A DNA stretch of 42,936 bases, taken from the NCBI GenBank assembly GCA_030141605.1, contig JAQGDQ010001391.1, positions 1 to 42,936 on the forward strand. The letters run 5' to 3'. Origin of the DNA: Tubiluchus corallicola. Lineage: Eukaryota; Animalia; Priapulida. Position numbers and translations under genes: made by a program. The notes beneath the pieces are model-generated. The model was given only the letters and a program-made list of their open reading frames with translations. It was not told the origin of the DNA and made no database searches. This document shows, one piece after another, positions 15,694-27,523 of this stretch. The first letter of the stretch is position 1, and each line of letters starts with the position of its first letter.

Positions 15694-16032
15694 TCGCCGT
15701 TGTGAATGAGTCTTCTCCACGCATTCCTGTTGTTGACCATCTCTTCATTTATGTCTTCCCTTCCTACATGATCTTCACCGACTCTTCTTTTCAGGTGTCC
15801 ATACCATCGCAATCTTGCGAGGCTTCCACTACTTTTACTGTTCCTCTGATATTATTATTTCTAATTTTATCTCTTCTTGTTATTCCCACCATCCATCTCA
15901 ACATCCTCATCTCCACTACATCCATTTTCTTCTCTTCGGTCTTCTTTAGAGAAGCTGCTTGCAGCCCATAGATCAGAGCGGGTCTGACCACTTCTTTGCG
16001 GACTTTACCTTTAAGCCTCACCGACTCATTCC
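15694..16032 (-). mobile_element. RTE-clade LINE ORF C-terminal fragment (339 bp) with 15-bp TSD
   Basis: RLKGKVRKEVVRPALIYG...EMRMLRWMVGITRRDKIRN, then frameshifted RLRWYGHLKRR and NRNAWRRLIHNG, are typical RTE C-terminal motifs. Flanked by CATATGTGTCAAACT at 15679-15693 and 16033-16047. Confidence 0.88.
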
Positions 16033-16573
16033 CATATGTGTCAAACTAAGAGCTAATTATCCTGCTTGCACGGACATGTAATATTACTTCGATATTTAAG
16101 ACAATACATAGATAATGTTTAGCAAGAAAATTACGTACCGAGCGGTTTAGTAGTCTAGAGTTTATACTGGTAAAGTTTTAGTTAGACCTATGATCTACTC
16201 AAAAGTGGCTTCGATTCTAGCGAATCCTCTCCAAAAACTGGCTTCGTGGCTGATGTATACTGTGAGTATTTCTTGTAAGCATTTCTTTAATGTTTGTTCT
16301 AATAAAGTCGGTAGTTTTTGTAAAGAAGCGAGTGTTTATTGTAAGAAACTATGTAATTGTTGTAAGAAAGTCAACAGTTCTTGTAAACAAATGAACATTT
16401 CTTGTAAGAAATCGAGTGTTTCTTCTGATAAAGTTTTTGTAGACAAGTATTTGTCTGGTTAGTAGAATCATTGAAGGTTTGGAATCATTTTTGGAATCTT
16501 GATGGTTTCTTGAGAGCAACCGGAACCAAACTTAAACTGTAGATCAAAACAATCTACTTTTTAAAATATTCAA

Positions 16574-17124
16574 AGGAAACATACTATTTTTTTCAAAAAT
16601 GACTTACGTGGAAGAATTACTACCTCACAAACACAATTTCGCGCCACTAGTTCTTCGCTGTTACATGCATCTCGCCATTCAGTAGTTAGACGGGCACTAG
16701 CGCCTGCATTTCGTAAACGCAATGAACAAAAAACAGGCGCTGTACCTCTCAGTTCAGATGTGTTAGTTTGCGGCGAACTACACACGTTCGACAGTTCATG
16801 AGTGAGCACAGTGGTAAATTTGAAATTTGAATTTTTATCTTAAAACATACTTAGTTTTAGTACAACACACTGAATATCTTATAGTAGCACTGTACTTCAA
16901 TTTTCGCTTTTGCAAACAGGAGCAACACACTTGTGAAATTTTTTTGCTGTCGAAAATTGTTAGTTTGTGATGTCATCAATAGTTGGGCTCGCCCGCCGTT
17001 AATTAAGTTTTTAAACTATTATTTAATTATCAGAAACGCTTTAGCAGTATTAATTGTGTTAAAATGTAAACTTTTTATCGTACTTGAAAATGGGGTAGGA
17101 TATGAAAAATCATCCTGTCTTCTT
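16574..17124. mobile_element. Non-autonomous TTAA-type (Kolobok-like) element, diverged copy 1 (mirror ~25803..26360)
   Basis: Direct-orientation homologue of 19573..20070 with degenerate termini TCAA|AGGAAAC...GTCTTCTT|TTAA. Confidence 0.55.
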
Positions 17125-17555
17125 TTAAAGAAATTGACTTTGAAACACACGTGAATTTATTTCATAAATTAATTTAGTGTAATATGTTTTGCATTCAGAA
17201 AATAATTTTAAATGTCGTTTATGATTTGCTGTTTCTCGCGTTGATGCAATGTCAGATCACGTTAGATCAGATCTAACATGCCAACTGGTTAGATCGAGAA
17301 TTTAGTTTAAACATAACTTTAAACTTTAAACATGTTTAAACTTTCTACAACATGATTTAGGATCCTCACCACAACAGACTTTATACACTATTTACAAGAA
17401 CATTTACAGTAAGAATAGACTATACTTAGTTTTTAGTATACTTTAGTATACTAAAGTTTTACTACAGTGATACATTACACATTAGTAAAAAATGACGGTT
17501 AGTAAATATTAATGTACGAATATTTAAGACTGATGCATTTTATATCAGATAGAAA

Positions 17556-17819
17556 CTACTGGATGTGTTTAGTACGTAATATCAAGTCATGTATGCATTG
17601 GAATATTTTACAGTTAGCAACATAGTTGAATTCATCTTTTCCGAATAATAACAACTTCAACAGATCATTAGTTCCTAAGGCAGCTATATTAAGGTTTTCG
17701 GGCAGAAGTATTTCATTTAATTTATCAAGCATAACAACCCTAGTTTGTTGATACAATGGGCAGTGCAACAAAACGTGTTCAACAGACTCAAATCGAAATC
17801 CACAGTTACAATTCGGCAA
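17556..17819 (-). mobile_element. Non-LTR retrotransposon ORF2 C-terminal zinc-knuckle fragment
   Basis: PNCNCGFRFESVEHVLLHCPLY...LLLFG...NCKIFQCIHDLILRTKH has the C-x-C...E..H....CP.Y knuckle typical of invertebrate LINE C-termini. 5'-truncated, no real start codon. Confidence 0.75.
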
Positions 17820-18182
17820 TACTAGATGACCGTTATTATTGGCGGAGTTAGATCAGATCTGTTAGATCGAGACTGGTTAGATCGAGAACTTATTGGCTCC
17901 TGAGCTGTAGTGTTTATGAAACACCAGGTAACTTTCACTCGCATTGTAACACAGTTAGATCTAGTTAATTGCCAATTTCTCTGATGTTGTAATTTTCAGT
18001 AATTCTCCGAGTTGCCAAAGTAATAAAGGAGCGTTAAAGCGACGCCGATGCAGAGGCTGGTGTAGTTAAACAGAGCATTTACCAATTAAAACACTCGGCA
18101 ATTATTCGTTTAAATTGCAGTCTGGCTTCGCGAAAGAGTTAAATGCGATCTATAAAGTTTGAACTGTAGAAGCCTGACGTCA

Positions 18183-18720
18183 CGTTCAGATTAGCGAGTT
18201 TTCTCGCCAAGTTAAGGCGCGTTCAGATTAGCGAGTTTTCTCACCAAGTTAAGGCGCGTTCAGATTAGCGAGTTTTCTCACCAAGTTAAGGCGCGTTCAG
18301 ATTAGCGAGTTTTCTCACCAAGTTAAGGCGCGTTCAGATTAGCGAGTTTTCTCACCAAGTTAAGGCGCGTTCAGATTAGCGAGTTTTCTCACCAAGTTAA
18401 GGTGCGTTCAGATTCAGGAGTTTTCTCACCAAGTTAAGGCTCGTTCAGATTAGCGAGTTTTCTCACCAAGTTAAGGCGCGTTCAGATTAGCGAGTTTTCT
18501 CACCAAGTTAAGGTGCGTTCAGATTCAGGAGTTTTCTCACCAAGTTAAGGCGCGTTCAAATTAGCGAGTTTTCTCACCAAGTTAAGGCGCGTTCAGATTA
18601 GCGAGTTTTCTCACCAAGTTAAGGCGCGTTCAGATTAGCGAGTTTTCTCGCCAACTTAAGGCGCGTTCAGATTAGCGAGTTTTTTCACCCAGTTAAGGCG
18701 CGTTCAGATTCGGGAGTTTT
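18183..18720. repeat. 37-bp minisatellite (GTTAAGGCGCGTTCAGATTAGCGAGTTTTCTCACCAA), ~14 copies
   Basis: Period 37 (18184, 18221, ...), no spacers. The unit corresponds to the terminus of the adjacent element. Confidence 0.95.
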
Positions 18721-19160
18721 CAGTCGCGAGTTTCCTTTCTGACAGCAAACTCACAAATGTGAACTGCTTTGGAAGTTACTAGTTACTGTCTCTGCAGCAA
18801 GCTCGCAAGTGTGAACTGCCTTGCGAGTTACTGTCTCCGACAGCAAACTCACAAGTGTTAACCGCTTTGCAAGTTACTCTCTCTGACAGCAAATGCGCAA
18901 GTGTGAACTGCTTTGCGAGTTACTCTCTCTGACAGCAAACTCGCAAGTGTGAACTGCTTTGCGAGTTACCGTCGGCAAGTTATTGCAAACTCTCTTACAG
19001 TTGCTGTGGATTGATTTACTGTCAGTGTGAACGCCTCGGTGAGTTACTCTTAACACTTCTTGCGGTGAGTTAATAGAGAAGATAATGTCAGTTCGCGGTT
19101 ACTATCAAAGAGTAACTCACGCCAAGTTGTCCTTTCTAGTCTGAACACGCTTGCGAGTTA
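18693..19160 (+). mobile_element. Harbinger-like element, second family member, with ~5 x ~46-bp hairpin subrepeats (mirror ~23766..24235)
   Basis: Begins TTAA|GGCGCGTTCAGA. Subrepeat GACAGCAAACTCGCAAGTGTGAACTGCTTTGCGAGTTACTCTCTCT at ~18740-18970. Homologous to the reverse complement of 13216..13788. Confidence 0.6.
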
Positions 19161-19572
19161 CATGGTGTGTTTATTTGATCAGAAACTCCGCTAGTCTAAA
19201 CACGTCGTTGCAAAAGTTTGTCGATATCATTTTTCAAGCTAGCGAGGTTGAAGTTTTCTGGGAAGCACGTTCCTAGAAGAGAATTCCACAGATAAGAAGC
19301 CCGCGGGAAAAACTAGATTTATTTACAAGCAGCCGTCCTGCATCTGCCATGTTCATGTTTTGAGAATCAATAACAAAACGGGTTTAGCAACCAAGTTGTG
19401 GAAGATTAGGAACCAGTGAAGAGAGAAGTGAGAGCAACTTCTGCTGATATACCGACAAAGAAGCCATATTCTGGCTTCACAACTCAGCTGTCAATGTCAT
19501 TGATTTTGTTAAAGCAAAACCGGACACAGTCTTAAACTGTAGGTCAAATTATCTACTCTTTAAAATATTTAA

Positions 19573-20070
19573 AGGAAACTTACCATTTTTTTCAAAAATG
19601 ACTTACCTGAAAGAATTATTACCTCACAAACACAATTTCGCGCCACTAGTTCTTCGCTGTTACATGCATTTCGCCATTCGCTAGTTAGACGGGCACTAGC
19701 GCCTGTATTTCCTGTATTTCGAAAACGCTTTGCACAGAACAGGTGCTGTACCAGTTGTGTTAGTTCGTGACGGTTTGAATTTGTCTTATCTTAAAAGTTG
19801 CCTGGTTTTAGTACAAAACAGTGAATATCTTAAAGTTCTTCAGTTCTCGCTTTAGCAAATACGTGCAACACGCCCGTGGAATATTCTTGCTGTTGAAAAT
19901 TATGTTAGTTTGTGATGTCATCAATTGTTGGGCTCGCCCGCCGTTAATTGAAATTTTAATCTACTATTTACTTATCAGAAACGCTTTTGCAGTATTAATG
20001 AGTTAAAATATATCCTTTTTATCGAACTTGAAATTGGGGTAGGATATATGAAAAATGATCCGGTCTTCCT
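19573..20070. mobile_element. Non-autonomous TTAA-type (Kolobok-like) element, copy 2 (mirror 22856..23353)
   Basis: TTAA|AGGAAACTTACC...CCGGTCTTCCT|TTAA: short TIR with AGGAA termini and a TTAA duplication. No transposase. Confidence 0.6.
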
Positions 20071-20569
20071 TTAAAACTAGAACAGATTTAATAATGTTCC
20101 AGGTTCAACACATTTCAAACCTTCACGCAGGTTAAAAACACGGCTTATCAACAATCAAATCGATAGCCTGCGTAGACTTTATGTTTTCAAAATAATGTAG
20201 CCAAGCGCTAATTCCCACGATTCGTCATATCTCACTGACATTTTGCAAAACAGCAAAACGTAAGCCGTGATTTTATCACAACGGCTAATATATCGTGCAA
20301 ACTGAACGTGCAAAATGATGCAAAATGCAGTAGAAATGATGCAGTTTTGCAGAGCGTAATACTTTCCAAGTTAAAATGTTGGAAATTCTTGCAGCAAAAA
20401 ATTTTTGTTTATAGTTTGCCCAATAAAAGTTGTACGTGTGCCATCTTTCTAATTCTATCATATACATACATAATTTTACTATTCTACAACATAAAAATAA
20501 TATCATATAAATAATAATAATAATGATGATGATGATGATGATGATGAAGATGATGATGATGATGATGAT

Positions 20570-22287
20570 ATGAATTGTCGAAGAGAATTCTGCAGTTTGC
20601 AATTACGATATAAACAAGAGCCGAGTCAATACGAGAATAGAGAAGCCATCATTTCAAACAGGGGAATTAAATATTTACAATGGAGACCCCCATATTCGGG
20701 ATGGTGTGTTGTGCAAATAAGATTTCTCCGTCTTTGCAAACACGACACAGATAATTGTAACACGTAAATACGTCTAGGACTTCCTAATAAATTCATTTGG
20801 TTTATATGAAAAAGAAATGAAACCAATCAAAAGCCATTACAAAATGGAGCTGTACTGAATTCCTTGATTTTTGTCTAATTTAAAGGAAAAGTCAACCCTT
20901 TTAGGAGGTAAAGCTTATTTCAATGTTCGCGAAAAGTGTTGGACGGGTTTAGTAATGAAATGGATACGAAACACCAGTTTAACGTGTTGACCAAATGTTT
21001 CTTTATTCTGAAATACAAACATTTAGTTTATGTAGACTATATTGAAATTAATTAACAATAACTTGCGTTGTTAGAGCCTTTAACAGTTACAAAGACAGGA
21101 ATGAGAACTCCAAGTAGCCTTAAGAACAACGACGTCACAACAATAAATTCGAAAGAAGTCCAGAGTCATAATGCTCATCACAGATAGAAAAATAGAGCAA
21201 TGGCGGAGAGAACCAAAAGACGGGTAAAATATCATACAACTACTACAGCTATCGCTCACGAAAGGCCAAAATGCGTTGAACGATATTAGGTGCTTCAATT
21301 TTAAAAGAGTGACTACTGTAAAAAGCCTACTAAATAAACTAAACAGGTGGCAGCACCGTGACAGTAATTGAAAATTAAATTAAAACCAAAAAAGGGCCTA
21401 TGCACCCACTACAAGTAATAAAACTGCAATAGGCCATCTCGTGTAACTAGTAAAATCACTTTGAAGTCGTGGTCATTTCATGCTTCCATTTTCAATGCCC
21501 ATTGTTCTTCTAATGACGTCATTCGTGTTGGAGAAAGGTAGCGCACTGTCAATCTTCATCAAAAGTATGATAGGTTTTTACAAAAAAACAGGCTGCTAAT
21601 TTTGTAATATTTTTGCGTGAACTGTATAATTAAGCTGCAGAACTTTTAATTAGTTAATTAGTTTAATTAGTTTAATTAGTTTAATTAGTTTAAGCAGCGT
21701 GCCCTTGTGGAAAGCCACGGCGCCATAATTGCCACCGATAGTTAAATTTGGTTAAACTTACAAAGCTACGCGCGTCAAACTAAGACTGGCAATGGCGCCT
21801 TTTTGTGACATTCGGGTGCCCGACGAATAGGCACTGTACCGTGATAAGCATGATCATGAATTGCGGTGTTCGTCCGTGACATCAGTGCGACGTAGTTTCA
21901 TGACATCACATCAGGGTGTTACAGCAATCTTCCCTTACGCAAACGTACTTAACGCGCAGGGAAGATGCTTACCATTGCACAAACTGTGGTCCGTTCGTGA
22001 CGTAAGCGATAGCTGTGTTCGGTTGCCGTTAATTAACTTTCCAAGGTAAATGTTCAAATATTAAAATATAAGAAACACTTATCATTATTGTCATTGTCAT
22101 TGTCATTGTCATTGTCATTGTCATTGTCATTGTCATTGTCATTGTCATTGTCATTGTCATTGTCATTGTGACTGTGATTGTCATTATCATTATCATTATC
22201 GTTATCATTATTGTTGTCATTATCGTTATCATTATCATTATCAGTATCATTATCATTATCATTATCATTATCATCATCATCATCATT

Positions 22288-22356
<69 letters not shown>
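20570..22356. other. Non-duplicated spacer (loop) of the palindrome
   Basis: No mirror partner. About 1.5 kb of unique sequence plus an (ATTGTC)n/(ATTATC)n/(ATC)n tract from 22081. Confidence 0.9.
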
Positions 22357-22377
<21 letters not shown>

Positions 22378-22416
22378 TTCATCATCATCATCATCATCAT
22401 CATTATTATTATTATT
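22081..22416. repeat. Compound (ATTGTC)n-(ATTATC)n-(ATC)n-(ATT)n microsatellite spanning the right junction
   Basis: Visible. Only its last ~60 bp has a mirror partner (~20510-20569). Confidence 0.92.
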
Positions 22417-24207
22417 TATATGATATTATTTTTATGTTGTAGAATAGTAAAATTATGTATGTATATGATAGAATTAGAAAGATGGCACACGTACAACTTT
22501 TATTGGGCAAACTATAAACAAAAATTTTTTGCTGCAAGAATTTCCAACATTTTAACTTGGAAAGTATTACGCTCTGCAAAACTGCATCATTTCTACTGCA
22601 TTTTGCATCATTTTGCACGTTCAGTTTGCACGATATATTAGCCGTTGTGATAAAATCACGGCTTACGTTTTGCTGTTTTGCAAAATGTCAGTGAGATATG
22701 ACGAATCGTGGGAATTAGCGCTGGGCTACATTATTTTGAAAACATAAAGTCTACGCAGGCTATCGATTTGATTGTTGATAAGCCGTGTTTTTAACCTGCG
22801 TGAAGGTTTGAAATGTGTTGAACCTGGAACATTATTAAATCTGTTCTAGTTTTAAAGGAAGACCGGATCATTTTTCATATATCCTACCCCAATTTCAAGT
22901 TCGATAAAAAGGATATATTTTAACTCATTAATACTGCAAAAGCGTTTCTGATAAGTAAATAGTAGATTAAAATTTCAATTAACGGCGGGCGAGCCCAACA
23001 ATTGATGACATCACAAACTAACATAATTTTCAACAGCAAGAATATTCCACGGGCGTGTTGCACGTATTTGCTAAAGCGAGAACTGAAGAACTTTAAGATA
23101 TTCACTGTTTTGTACTAAAACCAGGCAACTTTTAAGATAAGACAAATTCAAACCGTCACGAACTAACACAACTGGTACAGCACCTGTTCTGTGCAAAGCG
23201 TTTTCGAAATACAGGAAATACAGGCGCTAGTGCCCGTCTAACTAGCGAATGGCGAAATGCATGTAACAGCGAAGAACTAGTGGCGCGAAATTGTGTTTGT
23301 GAGGTAATAATTCTTTCAGGTAAGTCATTTTTGAAAAAAATGGTAAGTTTCCTTTAAATATTTTAAAGAGTAGATAATTTGACCTACAGTTTAAGACTGT
23401 GTCCGGTTTTGCTTTAACAAAATCAATGACATTGACAGCTGAGTTGTGAAGCCAGAATATGGCTTCTTTGTCGGTATATCAGCAGAAGTTGCTCTCACTT
23501 CTCTCTTCACTGGTTCCTAATCTTCCACAACTTGGTTGCTAAACCCGTTTTGTTATTGATTCTCAAAACATGAACATGGCAGATGCAGGACGGCTGCTTG
23601 TAAATAAATCTAGTTTTTCCCGCGGGCTTCTTATCTGTGGAATTCTCTTCTAGGAACGTGCTTCCCAGAAAACTTCAACCTCAACTAGATTGAAAAATGA
23701 TATCTACAAACTTTTGCAACGACGTGTTTAGACTAGCGGAGTTTCTGATCAAATAAACACACCATGTAACTCGCAAGCGTGTTCAGACTAGAAAGGACAA
23801 CTTGGCGTGAGTTACTCTTTGATAGTAACCGCGAACTGACATTATCTTCTCTATTAACTCACAGCAAGAAGTGTTAAGAGTAACTCACCGAGGCGTTCAC
23901 ACTACACAGTAAATCAATCCACAGCAACTGTAAGAGAGTTTGCAATAACTTGCCGACGGTAACTCGCAAAGCAGTTCACACTTGCGAGTTTGCTGTCAGA
24001 GAGAGTAACTCGCAAAGCAGTTCACACTTGCGCATTTGCTGTCAGAGAGAGTAACTTGCAAAGCGGTTAACACTTGTGAGTTTGCTGTCGGAGACAGTAA
24101 CTCGCAAGGCAGTTCACACTTGCGAGCTTGCTGCAGAGACAGTAACTAGTAACTTCCAAAGCAGTTCACATTTGTGAGTTTGCTGTCAGAAAGGAAACTC
24201 GCGACTG

Positions 24208-24745
24208 AAAACTCCCGAATCTGAACGCGCCTTAACTGGGTGAAAAAACTCGCTAATCTGAACGCGCCTTAAGTTGGCGAGAAAACTCGCTAATCTGAAC
24301 GCGCCTTAACTTGGTGAGAAAACTCGCTAATCTGAACGCGCCTTAACTTGGTGAGAAAACTCGCTAATTTGAACGCGCCTTAACTTGGTGAGAAAACTCC
24401 TGAATCTGAACGCACCTTAACTTGGTGAGAAAACTCGCTAATCTGAACGCGCCTTAACTTGGTGAGAAAACTCGCTAATCTGAACGAGCCTTAACTTGGT
24501 GAGAAAACTCCTGAATCTGAACGCACCTTAACTTGGTGAGAAAACTCGCTAATCTGAACGCGCCTTAACTTGGTGAGAAAACTCGCTAATCTGAACGCGC
24601 CTTAACTTGGTGAGAAAACTCGCTAATCTGAACGCGCCTTAACTTGGTGAGAAAACTCGCTAATCTGAACGCGCCTTAACTTGGTGAGAAAACTCGCTAA
24701 TCTGAACGCGCCTTAACTTGGCGAGAAAACTCGCTAATCTGAACG
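24208..24745. repeat. 37-bp minisatellite, mirror copy
   Basis: Reverse complement of 18183..18720. Confidence 0.95.
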
Positions 24746-25107
24746 TGACGTCAGGCTTCTACAGTTCAAACTTTATAGATCGCATTTAACTCTTTCGCGA
24801 AGCCAGACTGCAATTTAAACGAATAATTGCCGAGTGTTTTAATTGGTAAATGCTCTGTTTAACTACACCAGCCTCTGCATCGGCGTCGCTTTAACGCTCC
24901 TTTATTACTTTGGCAACTCGGAGAATTACTGAAAATTACAACATCAGAGAAATTGGCAATTAACTAGATCTAACTGTGTGACGATGCGCGTGAAGTTACC
25001 TGGTGTTTCATAAACACTACAGCTCAGGAGCCAATAAGTTCTCGATCTAACCAGTCTCGATCTAACAGATCTGATCTAACTCCGCCAATAATAACGGTCA
25101 TCTAGTA

Positions 25108-25371
25108 TTGCCGAATTGTAACTGTGGATTTCGATTTGAGTCTGTTGAACACGTTTTGTTGCACTGCCCATTGTATCAACAAACTAGGGTTGTTATGCTT
25201 GATAAATTAAATGAAATACTTCTGCCCGAAAACCTTAATATAGCTGCCTTAGGAACTAATGATCTGTTGAAGTTGTTATTATTCGGAAAAGATGAATTCA
25301 ACTATGTTGCTAACTGTAAAATATTCCAATGCATACATGACTTGATATTACGTACTAAACACATCCAGTAG
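25108..25371 (+). mobile_element. Non-LTR retrotransposon zinc-knuckle fragment, mirror copy
   Basis: Identical translation to 17556..17819. Confidence 0.75.
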
Positions 25372-26901
25372 TTTCTATCTGATATAAAATGCATCAGTCT
25401 TAAATATTCGTACATTAATATTTACTAACCGTCATTTTTTACTAATGTGTAATGTATCACTGTAGTAAAACTTTAGTATACTAAAGTATACTAAAAACTA
25501 AGTATAGTCTATTCTTACTGTAAATGTTCTTGTAAATAGTGTATAAAGTCTGTTGTGGTGAGGATCCTAAATCATGTTGTAGAAAGTTTAAACATGTTTA
25601 AAGTTTAAAGTTATGTTTAAACTAAATTCTCGATCTAACCAGTTGGCATGTTAGATCTGATCTAACGTGATCTGACATTGCATCAACGCGAGAAACAGCA
25701 AATCATAAACGACATTTAAAATTATTATTTGAATGCAAAACATATTACACTAAATTAATTTATGAAATAAATTCACGTGTGTTTCAAAGTCAATTTCTTT
25801 AAAAGAAGACAGGATGATTTTTCATATCCTACCCCATTTTCAAGTACGATAAAAAGTTTACATTTTAACACAATTAATACTGCTAAAGCGTTTCTGATAA
25901 TTAAATAATAGTTTAAAAACTTAATTAACGGCGGGCGAGCCCAACTATTGATGACATCACAAACTAACAATTTTCGACAGCAAAAAAATTTCACAAGTGT
26001 GTTGCTCCTGTTTGCAAAAGCGAAAATTGAAGTACAGTGCTACTATAAGATATTCAGTGTGTTGTACTAAAACTAAGTATGTTTTAAGATAAAAATTCAA
26101 ATTTCAAATTTACCACTGTGCTCACTCATGAACTGTCGAACATGTGTAGTGTGCAGTTTGTCGCAAACTAACACATCTGAACTGAGAGGTACAGCGCCTG
26201 TTTTTTGTTCATTGCGTTTACGAAATGCAGGCGCTAGTGCCCGTCTAACTACTGAATGGCGAGATGCATGTAACAGCGAAGAACTAGTGGCGCGAAATTG
26301 TGTTTGTGAGGTAGTAATTCTTCCACGTAAGTCATTTTTGAAAAAAATAGTATGTTTCCTTTGAATATTTTAAAAAGTAGATTGTTTTGATCTACAGTTT
26401 AAGTTTGGTTCCGGTTGCTCTCAAGAAACCATCAAGATTCCAAAAATGATTCCAAACCTTCAATGATTCTACTAACCAGACAAATACTTGTCTACAAAAA
26501 CTTTATCAGAAGAAACACTCGATTTCTTACAAGAAATGTTCATTTGTTTACGAGAACTGCCGACTTTCTTACAACAATTACATAGTTTCTTACAACAAAC
26601 ACTCGCTTCTTTGCAAAAACTACCGACTTTATTAGAACAAACATTAAAGAAATGCTTACAAGAAATACTCACAGTATACATCAGACACGAAGCCAGTTTT
26701 TGGAGAGGATTCGCTAGAATCGAAGCCACTTTTGAGTAGATCATAGGTCTAACTAAAACTTTACCAGTATAAACTCTAGACTACTAAACCGCTCGGTACG
26801 TAATTTTCTTGCTAAACATTATCTATGTATTGTCTTAAATATCGAAGTAATATTACATGTCCGTGCAAGCAGGATAATTAGCTCTTAGTTTGACACATAT
26901 G

Positions 26902-27240
26902 GGAATGAGTCGGTGAGGCTTAAAGGTAAAGTCCGCAAAGAAGTGGTCAGACCCGCTCTGATCTATGGGCTGCAAGCAGCTTCTCTAAAGAAGACCGAAG
27001 AGAAGAAAATGGATGTAGTGGAGATGAGGATGTTGAGATGGATGGTGGGAATAACAAGAAGAGATAAAATTAGAAATAATAATATCAGAGGAACAGTAAA
27101 AGTAGTGGAAGCCTCGCAAGATTGCGATGGTATGGACACCTGAAAAGAAGAGTCGGTGAAGATCATGTAGGAAGGGAAGACATAAATGAAGAGATGGTCA
27201 ACAACAGGAATGCGTGGAGAAGACTCATTCACAACGGCGA
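26902..27240 (+). mobile_element. RTE-clade LINE fragment, mirror copy
   Basis: Flanked by AGTTTGACACATATG at 26887-26901 and 27241-27255. Confidence 0.88.
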
Positions 27241-27453
27241 AGTTTGACACATATGCCAACCGCCAGCCACAACGTTTACATAAAGTAATCAACACCTTAG
27301 TTTCTAATAACCTGCCAGAGTTTAGATTTCCGTTAAAAAAACTAAATTTTATAAATTAAATGTTCAAATAAGAAAACACGTTCGGTCTACACAACTTTTA
27401 ACTTGTCTTAGCTTCGTGATGACGATGACGATGGTGATGATGATGATTGATGG

Positions 27454-27523
<70 letters not shown>

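Noticed and set aside
18183-18720. 37-bp repeats as a CRISPR array (likewise the 30- and 44-bp arrays)
   Set aside because: Units are head-to-tail with no unique spacers, there are no cas genes, and the context is eukaryotic with spliceosomal introns.
20879-20900. TTAA|AGGAAAAGTCAACCC, a possible third Kolobok-like terminus in the spacer
   Set aside because: I could not find a matching opposite terminus.
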